This document shows, piece after piece, positions 51,201-64,000 of a stretch of 64,000 nucleotides of DNA (positions within the stretch are counted from its first letter, which is position 1; each line of letters begins with the position of its first letter). The position numbers were made by a program, and so were the translations under genes. The stretch is from Takakia lepidozioides (lineage: Eukaryota > Plantae > Bryophyta). The notes below the pieces were generated by a model. It had not been told where the DNA came from, searched no databases, and worked only from the letters and a program-made list of their open reading frames with translations. The stretch covers positions 29,760,001 through 29,824,000 of the forward strand of contig CM060731.1 of NCBI GenBank assembly GCA_030704615.1, read 5' to 3'.

Positions 51201-51960
51201 GCCAAGCTTGCACACGCACTGCAAACGCACACAAACGTGATGTGGTTGCGCTTCACCCCTTCCACCATCATTTGCTCATAGGTCTCCAAGGCCTCCATCC
51301 CGCCCCCCTGTAGTGCATACCCTGCAAGCATGGCGTTCCATGACACCAAATCTCGTTCAGCCATATTGTTGAACACTCCCTCCACGTCCTCAATGCCCAC
51401 ATTTGACATGTATGTCCCCGAGGGTGTTGTTCAGAATCACATCTAGTACAATTCCAGCTTTCACGATGTCATCATGGACCTCTTTCCCCTTTTCCAGGGC
51501 TCCCAGGCTTGCACATGAATTGCAAACACAAACGAACGTGATGTGCAACATTTGCTCATAGGTCTCCAAAGCATTCCTACCACACCCATGCTTGGTAAAT
51601 CCTGCCAACATTATATTCCACGTGATCAAAGATGGTCGAGGCATTCTGTGGAAAACCTGGTGAGCATCCATGATGCTCCCACACTTAACATACATGTTGA
51701 CAAGGGTGTTGAGTAGAAAAACATTTGGCGTTAATCACTTTGGATAATGTGAGTGTGCACCTGTTTCCAGCTTCCAGACCTTTCATCTTGATGCACTTAA
51801 GCAAGAGACAGAAGACGTATCTGAATCTGCTGAAATGCCTTGTTAGTTTAAAGTTGTAGAGCCTTTGTCAGTCTCCCTGCCTCACAAAGCATCTTCACAT
51901 GCCCAGCAGAAGAGGCATTGTGGACTCCCTCTCTTGATCCTCTTTCAGAAGCTGTGGTCA
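48250..51960 (-). pseudogene. Scrambled PLS-class PPR / E / E+ / partial DYW fragments inside the CACTA element
   Basis: GHVKMLCEAGRLTKAL; MYVKCGSIMDAHQVFHRM; VWKAVLGACRIHGNVEMAE; YVLVSNMYAAAGRWDD; KQPG; IHAELRRLSGQMK; [32 protein letters not shown]. Many frameshifts and reiterated L/S motifs in 48250-49660. Confidence 0.9.
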
Positions 51961-51967
51961 TGGTTGA

Positions 51968-54101
51968 GGTGCTTGATTTTATCAACTGTGCCGCTGCAGC
52001 TGCTACCTTTACTTGACCATCTACCCATGCAGGTTTCTTGTAGCTATTGATCCACATGGAATCATAGGTAATCTGGAGCTTGAAGTCCAGCCCTCTTGGA
52101 TGAACCTGGACCCACACTCTATCCCTGCTCCTTCAGCTATCCATGCCTCTGCACAAATCATGCATACTGCATCCTTGCCTTGCTGCTAGCACCTGACAAT
52201 GACAGCCTAGATTTGTTCTAGGAAACACCTAACTCAACTTATCACACTAGTTCCTATGGTCAATTGCATCTGCTACTCTTTGTAATCCAACAAGCATTCA
52301 CCTTTTTGCCTCGATTGTCCCGCCATTGCCTGGGGTCAGAAAAGTATCAGAATTCAACATGAAAATTTAGGGCCAATTCTGATAAGAGGGAAAAACAGGG
52401 TGAAATCTGTTGAAGAAGGTACCTTCATTAGCAGTGCCTGATTTTATCAATTGAGCCGCTGGTGTTGTGGCTTCCAGTTCACCATCTACCCATGCAGGTT
52501 TCGAGTAGCTATCCTTCCACAGCGAATCATAGGTAATCTGGAGCTTGAAATTCGGCCCTCTTGGATGAATCTGGACCCACACTCTATCCCTGCTCCTTCA
52601 GCTATCCAGACCTCTGCACAAATCATGCACACATCCTTGCCTTGCTGCAGCTAGTAGCTGAAGCAGCTGACACTAACGCCCTAACCCTACCTACAGTAAC
52701 ATGTCAAAATCACTCCAAAACCACCATAGATCCACCAACGAGCTTCTCCTAATCTATGTTATCTGTTTTTGGATACTTTCCTGCTGCCACATCGATAGTA
52801 ACTTGTCAAAGTCACTCCTAACCACCACAGATCCACCCAACGAGCTAACTTACAGAATTCAATATGCATCTTAGGGCCGAGTCTGATGAGAGGGTAAAAC
52901 AGGCAAAAATAGGTTGAAGAAGAAGGTGCCCTCACCACATTGTCGACCTTGACCTTGTGTCATGACCCATGGAGGATTTGACAGACCATCAACCCAAAGA
53001 TCCTCTTGTGTGTGCTGCTTGTGTCCATCGTCAGGAACTGTCGGATTGGTTTGTGAGAACAACCATGGTGCAGCTGAGCAGAGATTGAAACACGGCCTGC
53101 TAAGACCAAGCTCTCTCCCAAGAACCTTGTAAACATCAGGAAGAATACCAAATCATGGTACTAATAGGAGCCAACAGCCCACATTTACATGATGGACAAA
53201 CTTCTTCACATGCGTACATTAAGAAAAAGCCACACCTTGCGATTGCGGTTGTCGCACCATCGTGAAGGATCTTTACAAAATTCATGCCTGCTCTGCTCCG
53301 TGCTGAAAATTCAGGGCCGAGTCTGATGAGCGGGCAAAACAGGCTGAAAGACGGCGAAGAAGGTGCCCTCACCACATTGTCCTCGACCTTGTGTCATGAC
53401 CCATCGAGGATTTGACTGACCACCTCTTGTGTGTGCTGCTTGTGTCTGTAGTCAAGTAATGTCGGATTGGTCTGCGAGAACCACCACGATGCAGCTGAGC
53501 GGGCGGAGATTGAAACACGGCCTGCTAAGACCAAGCCGACTCTCCCAAGAATGTTGTAAACATCAGGAAGAATACCAAATCATGGTACTAAGAGCCCACA
53601 TTTGCAGGATGGACAAACATCTTCACATCGTACATTAAGAAAAGCCACACCTTGCAATTGCGGTTGTCCACCCAAGCTATGCATATCCTGCAGATCCTCC
53701 CACGCAAACACAACAAAACGATCAAGTCCCATAACTTACTCATCGCTGAACGCAATCCCGCAACCCTAAATCCATTTTGAATTATTTGGATGAATGTATC
53801 ATAGATGGATGGATTTTGGGTTTTCCATCAATCTATCCATCCATCCATTTAATTTTCCGTTCATCCAATAGTTGCCAGCAAGGCATTTCCTTTATCGTTC
53901 ATTCATACGTTCATCCAGTGCACACAAATTATATTTCATACGTTCATCCAACAGCTGCCAGCAAGGCGTTGGTTTATCATTCGTTCAGATAATTCAGTTG
54001 TTTTGTTTCACTAACCTTTCATACGTTCATCCAATAGCTGCCAGCAAGGCGTTTGTTTATCATTCGTTCAGATAATTCAATTGTTTTGTTTCACTAACCT
54101 T
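51968..54101. repeat. Internal duplications in the CACTA element (~51968-52187 vs ~52433-52650; ~52872-53260 vs ~53312-53668; 83-bp tandem at 53934-54101)
   Basis: Direct sequence similarity, e.g. paired peptides MWVQVHPRGLDFKLQITYDS / MWVQIHPRGPNFKLQITYDS. Confidence 0.8.
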
Positions 54102-54999
54102 AACCAGTACACGATTAGTTTAATATTAATGTGCTGGGTCAGTGAAAAAATAGTTAAATGTTTTTACTTCTTATTATCCACGTATATATTGTTATATATT
54201 ATGATTACACATGCCATTGTTTAACTGGTTGTCTCAGTCAGCTCATTTTAGGCAATCAAAATCTCTCACTACAGTCAAAATTTTCGCGGTTGTCTAGCAC
54301 CTCGAATATTTTAATATAAATTTTGACTGCAAAATGATTGGAACAGTCGAAAGTAACAACAGTCAACGCCAGCGTCAAACTAAATTGTCGAAATTACATA
54401 GGGTGTGTTGTAGTGTGATTGAGCTGAAGTTCTTGCCACCCTAATGACAAAAAGTATGGGCAAGAAAGTCTTGCAGCAAAATGAACACACTTTGGAGAAA
54501 TCTAAGGATGAGCAACAAAGTGGCAGCATGCTTGTGTTCTCAGATGGTCAAGAGAGCAGTGGTACCCTTGACTGGCTCCCATCTCTTGCTCAAGTATCTG
54601 CGGATAAAGACAATGAAACCAGGTCAGAAATGAAGAGACTGGTGGAGACTGGTTCATGACTACCCTACATATGGTTTGCATGAAGGTAACACCCAAAATA
54701 GAGATAGGCAGCAACAGTATCAAGGAAATAGAGATGAAAAACTTAGTTTTTTTTTGGCTTAGTGAGGACAGTGAGAAATGATCAAATCTGCACACAATAG
54801 ATATGCAGGAAAGTGAGGTCGTCACACAATGTCATCAAGTGAGGTCACCAATTTGTGTGAAGGAGCCGAAACATGGTAACACTACTTACATCAGGCTGCA
54901 TCTCGTGAAACTGGTGAAGGACCTGCATGGAAATACTGGCTGCGCCATACAAAGTTTTGCAGTGTTCCTGACAAGCAACCACCATTGCAACCGTCATGA

Positions 55000-57900
55000 T
55001 TGATGCTGTCCGATTCAAGCCATTGATGTCACAAGAAAAACAATGACGACGCTCGAATAGATTATGCCTCTATTGCGGAGAAGAAGTTCACATTGCATTA
55101 AACTGCCCCAACAAGAGAAGATTCAAAGCTCGAGGCGCAACTCAAGTGTTCGATACGAGGAGGTCGGAAAACGAAGATGTCTAGTCACAGTAAGGACCAT
55201 GCGGCTGGACACCACAAATTCCTCACCGAAAAAATGTCTCTTTCTACTTCCAGACCCTCCACCTTGCTTCACAGTTCCGGTAAAAATCAAAGTACACAAT
55301 CGAGATATCTCTGTAGAAGCACTTTTGGACTCAGGGGCTTCAACTTGTTTTATGGACAAAAACTTTGCGAAACAACACAATTTAACGCTCGTAAAGAAGA
55401 AACTCTCGGCCCCCGTTGAAGTCATCGATGGACAACCGTTAGCATCAGGAAATGTTGACCATGAAACTCGACCACTTGAAGTGAAGCTTGAAGATCTAGC
55501 ATCACATATTGTTTTTAACATCATCCAGTCTCCAACGAATCATGTGATCATTGGACTTCCCTGGTTCGTACTTCACAATCCTGACATCGACTGACGATCG
55601 CGAAAAAATTCTTCAAGAAAAAAATGTAGAAATATCAAAGGTATTCAACCCCTGTTCCTTGGAGCTAGAGCTTTCATAAGAGCTACAAAAAATGATGCGG
55701 CATTTGCACTTTATGCGACTCCGATCAAGTCCACAACAGACAAAGATACTTCGACATTATCTACTCAATATCAAGATTTCAAGGATGTCTTCGAGAAGAA
55801 AAATGCAGACATATTGCCAGAACATCGACCTTATGACTGTGCAATTGAGTTACAAGAAGGAGCCCAACCACCATTCGGCCCAATCTACAACTTATCCCAG
55901 ACGGAGTTGGCTGCATTACGTGAATACATTGATGAAAATTTGTCGAAGAACTTCATCCGACATTCAAAATCACCTGCGGGGGCGCCTATCTTGTTTGTGA
56001 AAAAGAAGGACGGATCATTATGCATGTGTGTAGACTATCGCGGTCTCAATAAAGTCACAATTAAGAATCGTTATCCGTTGCTGCTGATTTCTGGGCTTCT
56101 CGACCAACTGGGACGAGCGAAGATTTTCACCAAAATTGACTTGAGATGAGCTTATAACCTTATACGGATAAAAGAAGGAGACGAATGGAAAACAGCTTTT
56201 CGAACAAGGTATGGACATTTTGAATACAGTGTTATGCCTTTCGGTCTTACAAATGCTCCAGCAATTTTCCAACATATGATGAATGACATCTTTCGAGAAT
56301 TTTTAGATGACTTTGTAGTCATCTATTTGGACGACATTTTGATATTTTCACAGAATGAAGAACATTATGGCCGCCATGTACGCATTGTCTTTGATAAATT
56401 AAGAGAAAGAGGACTATATTCCAAGTTGGAAAAATATTTTTCCATCAATCTGAGGTTGAATTTCTGGGCTATATTATTTTCGACATATGCGTTTTTATGG
56501 ATCAAAAGAAAATACAAACCATCATCGAGTGGATTAAACCAACTTCGGTCCAAGATGTACAATGTTTTCTGGGATTTGCAAATTTCTATAGAATCTTCAT
56601 CAAGGACTATTCCAAAATTGCTGCACCATTGACACGACTTACAGGGAAGGACAAATTTGTATAAGACGAGAAGGCTGACCAGACATTTGAAAGGCTGAAG
56701 CATGAATTTACAACGGCCCCAATACTGGTACATGCAGTCCCATCTAAACCATTCTTTTTGGAAGCAGATGCATCGGACTTTGCACTTGGCGCTCTACTTT
56801 CTCAATACGGTACGGATGGTCGACTTCATCCTGTTGGTTTTTGTTCTTGCAAATTTTCCGCTGCGGAGATCAATTATGAAATCCACTTCTAAAGATTATC
56901 GATGTTTTTGAGGAGTGACGTCATCTATTGGAGGGAGCTAAACATCAGGTCACAGTCTATACCGATCATAAAAACCTCGAGTATTTATTAGTACTCGTGT
57001 TTTGAATCGACGTCAAGCGCGATGGAGTATGTCACTAGCAAGGTTTGATTTTGTTATTACCTACCGTCCCGGAAATCTTCAAGGAAAACCAGATGCTATT
57101 TTTCGACGATCGTATATTGCGCTAAAAGAAGGGGATGCAGCTTTTGACCAACAGAAATTCATCATCTTGAAACCAACAAATTTCCAATTGAATATGCTAT
57201 CCATGTCCACCTATGACAATGTAGAGATCATAAAGGAGATTCGTGAAGGACTGAAGAGCGACAAATTTGCTACGACACTTCGGGACAACCCACATGTTAC
57301 AAACGACTTCGAATTCAAATATGACTTACTTGATTTCAAGGGACTTCTCTATGTACCTCCAAGACCTACACGACTTCAAATTCTTCAAACATGTCATGAT
57401 TTTTCGGCTGTAGGACATTTTCGGCTTCAACAAAATAATGGAATTGATATCCAGGGATTGCTGGTGGCCGCAGATGTGGAAACTCGTGAAAGAATTTATA
57501 AAATCTTATGACACGTGTGCTAGAGCGAAGGGACCACGACATTGATCTTACGGCCTTTTTCAGCCATTACCCATTCCTAATGGTCCATGGTCGTCCGTGT
57601 CTATGGACTTTATTACAGACCTTCCAATTTCCAAGACCACCGATTCAATCCTTGTTATTGTAGATCGTTTTACGAAGATGACATATTTCATTCCATGTAA
57701 TAAGACGGTTACCGGCGAGGAAACTGCAAGACTCTTCCTCAATAATATCTACCGCATTCATGGACTCCCGAAGGACATCGTATCTGATCGATGACCACAG
57801 TTCATATTATATTTCTGGAGGGGATTATTTCACATATTGGATACTAAGATTAACCTCTACAGCAAATCATCCACAGACTGATGGTCAAACCGAATGTGTA

Positions 57901-59886
57901 AACCAGATTTTGGAGCAGTATCTTCGTTGTACGATAAATTATCACCAAGATAATTGGACGGACCTTTTGTTATTGGCTGAGTTTGCCTACAACAACACTA
58001 TACATTCTTCGACCAAACAAACTCTATTTTTCTCCAATTATGGTCATCATCCTTGAGCAAACCGTTTCCACATGAAGATTGTTAGAAGCCCTGCTGCAAA
58101 TCCTTTCTACTCATCTCGCTACGATTCACAAGGAGCTTACATTCCACCTCGGAGAAGCTCAAAACTAATACAAGGAGTATGCAGATCAACGTCGTCAACT
58201 CCAACCCCAGTTCAAGGTCGGAGATTGTGTGTGGCTTCTTCGACGAGACATACAAACCTCGCGACCAGTAAGGAAGTTGGATTATCAATGCCTGAGACCA
58301 TTCAAATTTATTCGACAAATAAATCTGGTCAGTTTTCGGCTTGAACTCCCACGAAGTATGCACATCCATTGAGTCTTTAATGTTTTATTATTTGAGGTGT
58401 ATCATCCATCGAATATTCCAGGGGGAGTCTCCGTACCACCTCTACCAATCAAAGTCAATCAGAAAATTGAGTATGAAGTCGACGAAGTCCTATACTCTCA
58501 AATCAAGTATAAACGTCTTGAGTATTTCGTACATTGAAAAGGCTACGACATCAGCGAACGAACGTGAGAACCTTCATCCAACCTTGCCAATGCATCTGAC
58601 AAAGTCCAAGAGTTTCATCAACGATATCCAGCTAAGCCCCGAGCTACATAACATTAAGACGTCACAACGATGATGTCAGCCAAGTTAGCTTCAAGGTGAA
58701 GACTTCACGTTCAATGTATCTGATACACGCTAAAGATGGAGGAGCACCACACATCAGTATATATAGCTACACTTCCAGCACTTCCAGCACTCTTGCATCT
58801 TGTATTGGCAGTATGGAGTCACATGAATTAGATACATTGGAGTTGTCGCTTACCCAGCTACCAGATCAGCCGTTCCGACTCTCACGACCTTCAACATCAC
58901 GCCGACGTTCTCGAGACGATGGACCACCAATGCGACGCGTACTTCATCGTCTGGACCCCGTACGACGGTAAGTGGAACCTACTCGAAGTCTGATAATTTT
59001 GTTGGAGGTTGAGGCTTCGGACCCAGAGGGCAACGAAATCATGTTTGAATGCAGCTTCGAAAATCAGAATGCTCAAATCACTGCGTGGTCCCAAGTTCAA
59101 GGTATTGGACACTATCGATGGTTGCAGGGACCTATAAATCATTTGAGTCAAGAACGAAGAGCCGAATACTTCGCAAGTACCATTCGCCGGATTTTGGATT
59201 TTCTCCAACTCTAAGCAAGTCCAAGATTTTTCCGCTCCTCGAGAAGCTCGGCGCTAGAGGAGGGGGTGATGTCACGGACATAGCCCAGAGGAACTTACCA
59301 GGTATAAATACCAGAAGTTACCAAGTTATCATATTACCGGAAGTTATCATGACTTATCGTGATTTATCATGATCTACCATTACTTACCAAGTTACCGGAA
59401 GTTTACCAAATTACCAAGAGTAACTTGGGAACTGCTCAGGAAGTTTCATTTGGAGGAAACTTCTCCATCAAGATACCTCATTTGTTTAAAGAAGCTTCTC
59501 CATCAAGAAACCTTTGTTTAATCTTGGAAACTTCTCTAGCAAGAAACCTCCATATGGGAAGCTTCTTAATAGCCAGTATATATAGGAGGCGAGATTGGAC
59601 ATTCTTCAGTCTCGCCAACACAAGTTCAAACTACTCTTGCTCCCATCCCATTACTCTAGTCCAGCTTTCACTACTCTAGTTCAGTTTCATGTATCTGGTA
59701 CCCCAGTCCAGTTTCCAGCATTTCAGTATTTGATTCGAGTTCCAGTATCTTGTACTCTTGTCCATTGTTATAAAATCATCTTGATTAATGTTTATCCACC
59801 ATGCATTCGGCCACGCCGACCTTGACTTATTGTCTAGTCTTGTACCTCTAGTCTAATCTCTTGTTTGTGTTCAGTTATGTTTGACA
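55000..59886 (+). mobile_element. Decayed, 5'-truncated chromoviral Ty3/gypsy element (Tcn1-like, inferred) with 3' LTR
   Basis: Gag knuckle LCLYCG...HIALNCP, protease LLDSGA, RT ([23 protein letters not shown]), RNase H, integrase ([18 protein letters not shown]), chromodomain (EYEVDEVL...KGYD...EP..NL) near 58470-58640, PPT AGAGGAGGGGGTGA. Confidence 0.9.
59270..59886 (+). repeat. 3' LTR of the chromovirus
   Basis: Starts TGTCA immediately after the PPT and ends TGACA; TATA-like TATATATAG near 59578. No matching 5' LTR seen. Confidence 0.75.
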
Positions 59887-61124
59887 ATCTTTTCACTCTT
59901 TGTTGACCAGTTTATACCAGTCTAGAGCCTAAACTTTTCTTCCTTAAGCGATTGGAAGAGTTCCATATTCTTCTTTGCCTCCAGATACGTTTGGTAAGTA
60001 GCCTCATCATATCTAGGGGATTCCATTTTGGTTTGGCAAACCTTTCGTCAAGGCTTGGAACTTTTTTTTCCTGGCTTCCGTGATTTGCTTGCTAAGTTTT
60101 TTGCTGGCTGCTGCTGCTGCGTTCAACTTGAGAAGGAATCTGTCTACTGGGTTGGTAGAGGCGTATTCCCCGCTAGCTCTTTTGTTGTAGGGCAACAATG
60201 ATTTAACCCACAAGAAATTTTCAAGGGGCTTTGGGCTTAGCCTTTTGATTTTTATCATGGCCACCAGAGGTAGCTTCGGTGAGTCCTCTTGCATAGGGTT
60301 GGGGTGCATCTGAAACTGGTTTTTGTAAATTTTGTTTTTAAGAAATGAAATGAAAAACAAATGAAATGAAATGGGGACAGAAAGGGGACAAGACAGGTGT
60401 AAATGTAATATTAAATCTATACTAACAGATGAAATATTGAAACGGGATGTTATTCATACAGTCAAGATGCCAACCGAAGATGGCGTAAATAAGAGCCTCT
60501 TCCCTGCCTTTCCTCACAGCCTCCTTTGCACAAGTCTTCCATTACTGGGATATGTGGACTTTATGATGAATTTCAGGTCAATTGGAAATATGAGAGGGGT
60601 TGTAAAATTTTTGGGGCCTAAAACAAAGTTGAATTCCAAGTTGCAGCTCTAAAACAACTATGATCTTGCAATGCATAGGGTGAACATCTGTGAAGTTTTA
60701 TGTGGAGATAGAAGATGTTTAGAACCATATTAAGTACAAAGATACAGCAAAAACTCCCCTTTGCGGGGCAGCTACAACATTTTCCCCATCTAGCAAACAA
60801 GTTAGAGACCCAGTACTTGCATGCCATTGCATTGTTGCACTGACATTGCTTTTCCACAAGGTCAAGAAACATTTCAAAGTTATGATCACAATGCAAGAGG
60901 GAGGCAGCAACATAGCAACATAAGCTGCTCAGTTCAACAGAGGATGGAAAGACAGAGGCTTTTTTATTTGGTCAGATAATTTACAACATGGCCTTTTGCA
61001 ACTCCAAAAAATCCATCAATTCGGTCTCTACATTGTTATGTGCGGTGTCTATCCACAGATCCAGAACAAATTGCTTCACTGCCTAGCCTCAAACTATACA
61101 CGGAAGATGAAGAAGAATGAATCA

Positions 61125-64000
61125 TTAATCAAAATTCAGAAACTGATTAACCCTCTGTTTGTAGCTAACTTTCCGCTTATCTTCTAAGGATCCAGAAGTG
61201 TCCGGTGTCGAACACCCCTCTTCTCTGCATTGCATCCTATTTGTTGTCCTTGAAGTCACACCATCCGTAGAAGATAAATCCCCGCCCCCTCCAGTTGTTT
61301 CTGGTCTTGTATTGACTGGGCGAATGACATTCAGACCTGGGGTTGACTCCCCATCCTCCCTTGACGAGCACTTCACAGCCTCTCCGTCCTCTTCTATAGT
61401 TTGCAGGGTTAATCTATGCGATGGTCTGACGCTCTCTTTCTCAGATTCTGTAATGTGCACAAGGTGACCTTCCTGGGGAGCAAAGTAAGATGGTAACAAG
61501 TCCATGAGCATTGCATCCAAAGAACTTTGTGCAGCATTCCCAAGCTGTCGGCTTTTTCCCTGGCCTTGGCTTACTGTTCTGCTCACATGTCTTTCACCAC
61601 TGTGACCCTCATTGTTCTCAGCAAACGCAACAGACTCCGTGCTTTGATCACTGCATGGAATCCCATGGACCTTTGTCAGTGTAGAATTGAAGGGTCTAGA
61701 TGCACACAGCAATTCTTCTTAACTTCGCTGCATTGTGCACTTTCTGCATCAACTTCAATATCTAGAGAGGGTTACGGCAGTGTGATGTTTCTGCAGTTGG
61801 TTAATAATCAACTTGGCTCAGTTCAAATCTTTCCTTTCAACTGACAAATGAGATTGTTGTCATGGCGATAGGGTGGGAGCACAGCTCCTGATACAGTTGT
61901 CCTCCATTATTTATTTCACAACAAAAACGAGTTTAATGACTGACTTGACCTGGGAAGAAAAACTGCGATAAACCTTCACAAGCATAACTACTGAGCATTA
62001 CTGCTGATCTAAGGTAAGAACTAGAGATTGACAATTTTCTGCAAGAGGACCAAATTCTCATACCTCTCAAATTTCTTTCTCTTCCCTGCCACCTTATTCA
62101 ATCTTGACCTCAATGTGGGCTCGTTCTCAAGTCTGCATCCAGACTGCACTCTGCCAGAATGCTTGGAACCTGCCTCCAGTTTGAGGCGTCGCTTCGGTGC
62201 AATGTCGTCACTCTCAGAAGACGAGTCCTGGACTGCCCTTTTCATGGACCCTCCTCTTCCCATTCTTCTCCTTCTTTTCTCTTCATCCGGATTTGGCGCT
62301 CCTACTTTCACATCTTTGCTAGGTCTTGATGTGGGTGCCAGTTCTGTACTTTCCTCTTCCTGTCTTTCGGCTTGATCGACAGATGCATCCCTGCGTAAAT
62401 TCCGAGTAAATTCTGATGTTAATTAAGAGGATCAGACAGACAGAGCAATAGAATGAAAAAAGAAATGAACAAGGAAGGAAACATTAAAATTTTGGCAAGA
62501 AGACTTCTGCATCTCATAGTCAGGCGACAGATACTAGGAGGCCTCTGGGCCTTCTGCGGACAGAAGTTCTTTTTCTTCCTCTCTCTCCATTTTGTCCCAT
62601 AAGCTCTATGAGCTTTCCGCGGACGTTATAAAGTACCATTTCATTTCATTTCTCTTCATTGACTGCTTTGTTTGTTATCAGTTCTTGTCCCATAAGCTCA
62701 TTGGAATTCCTCTTGGCTTTTGAAGTCCCTTTCTTCAACTACCATTTCATTTCATTCCTTTCAATCCTCAAATCAAATTGAATTAAATCATACTCTGAGA
62801 TATTTTCTAAGGTGGAAAGCATCATGTAGATATGCTGCCAGCAATCTCTGGCCCAAGGGATTTGGGTAGAATGACAAAGAACCACTGAAAACCAAATAGT
62901 ATCACCAGTGAAACTGTAACCAGAAGACTACTCAAAGCTCAATAAGTTATTACACCCATAGGAGGCCAATGCAGATTAGGACACAAAAGACAACAGCAGG
63001 AAACCGAACCAAAAGAGACAAGAGCCACTATTGACTATTGATCATGCCCTTACTGGATTCCAGAGAGAGCAAAAAAAAAAAACATAAACAATAAACTTCA
63101 TAATGTCCAACAGAAGCTCGGAAAGCTTATGGGACCAAAACTCAAACAATTGCAATTACTGCGTCATACAAACCTGACAAAAACCTACCATACCACTACA
63201 GCTGCCCCAGTAACAACTAACCTGTGACATGTGACTACCAATTGACAGAACAACTAACATTGCGTTGGACTGCTACCCCAGTAGTCCAAGAGGGCCACAT
63301 GCAAGTAAAAGATAGAAACAAGCAAAGAAACTCTACAATGACCTCATGGACCGAGCACCCATAAGACAGTAGAACACCAAGTGGCCCACACCACTCACTG
63401 CCTGAAGATGAATGACAGCCCGACACAAAGATACGGAGGGTGACGAACATGACAAGTGAAAGCAGTCCAACGTACCTTAGATTATATTGAGCTTCTGGGA
63501 GGCAACCATTGTTGCTGAGAGCATCTTCTATCCAATGCTGGCTCACAACCTTCACCGAACCTAACCGTAGGAGCTTCCTCTCCTGGGGATCCAGACTGCA
63601 AACCAAGAGCCTGTTACACACTAGCGTTGAATACATCCATTCACAACCATTCAGTGGAAGGAGCCAACTACTTCTACTCGAGACATTCTCTCAAATTGTT
63701 TCTCAACAATATTATGCAGCAATATTTAAAAGCTTTATCAAGTAGCTTGACAGCATACATAGACCCATACATGTGGGGAACTGCACGAAATAAAATGTGG
63801 CCCTTAATTTCTTCTCCTATTTACTCGACAACCATCATCCTTGAACATGTCACACCTCCCCATGAGTTAAAACGAGAGACTTAAATTGGATACCAACCTT
63901 TGAAGAATTGTCTGGTATGGCAGAGGAGTTTCTGGTACAGTGTACACCACCATATGGGTTACATCACTATCAAATGTCTTGGACACCAATCCTTCATGCA
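61125..64000 (-). CDS. LIG4: DNA ligase IV-like gene, 3' exons (second BRCT domain and C-terminal tail); begins beyond the window
   Basis: BRCT-like VTHMVVY and VKVVSQHWIEDAL...LPEAQYNL. C-terminal DAMLMDLLPS and KRKVSYKQRVNQFL resemble the plant LIG4 tail as I recall it (AMLMDMIPSL...KKVSY). Confidence 0.65.

Larger units (their letters stand above)
47386..54415. mobile_element. Non-autonomous CACTA (Pack-CACTA) element, 7030 bp, carrying PPR/DYW gene fragments
   Basis: Left end CACTACAATACA, right end TGTGTTGTAGTG, 3-bp TSD TGA at 47383-47385 and 54416-54418, subterminal TTGACT/AGTCAA repeats at both ends. No transposase seen inside. Confidence 0.88.

Noticed and set aside
59887-60360. 115-aa minus-strand ORF next to the LTR
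   Set aside because: No recognisable domain and no supportable gene structure.
1-64000. Apparent cluster of DNA repair/chromatin genes (HIRA, RAD23, DFO, LIG4)
   Set aside because: They are interspersed with unrelated genes and transposons, with no evidence of co-regulation. Chance is sufficient.

Overview
Eukaryotic nuclear DNA from a land plant. A non-seed plant (bryophyte, lycophyte or fern type) is inferred from the intron-rich PPR gene, the PLS/DYW PPR debris and the retroelement types. Host genes: 3' end of HIRA (+), an intron-rich P-class PPR gene (-), RAD23 (-), a DFO-like meiotic gene (-), two F-box copies (-) and the 3' end of a LIG4-like gene (-). The transposon content is rich: a LINE with a 14-bp TSD plus two tiny 3'-end copies, a PHD-finger Ty3/gypsy relic, a chromovirus relic, a hAT-like MITE, and a 7.0-kb Pack-CACTA (TSD TGA) filled with PPR/DYW editing-factor fragments. 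The standout is an 11.3-kb TIR DNA transposon (35626-46942, CA...TG ends, 5-bp TSD CTTGT). It carries a Mutator-type DDE/SWIM transposase and, head-to-head with it, an apparently intact 10-exon gene (~1170 aa) fusing a ParB-like domain to a bacterial-type beta-class N4C/N6A DNA methyltransferase fold. The two long introns of that gene contain arrays of a conserved 20-bp palindrome (GAATGKCGTTGACGMCATTC). I propose this as a candidate transposon-encoded, sequence-specific epigenetic or self-recognition system. All calls were made by eye; no database searches were run.
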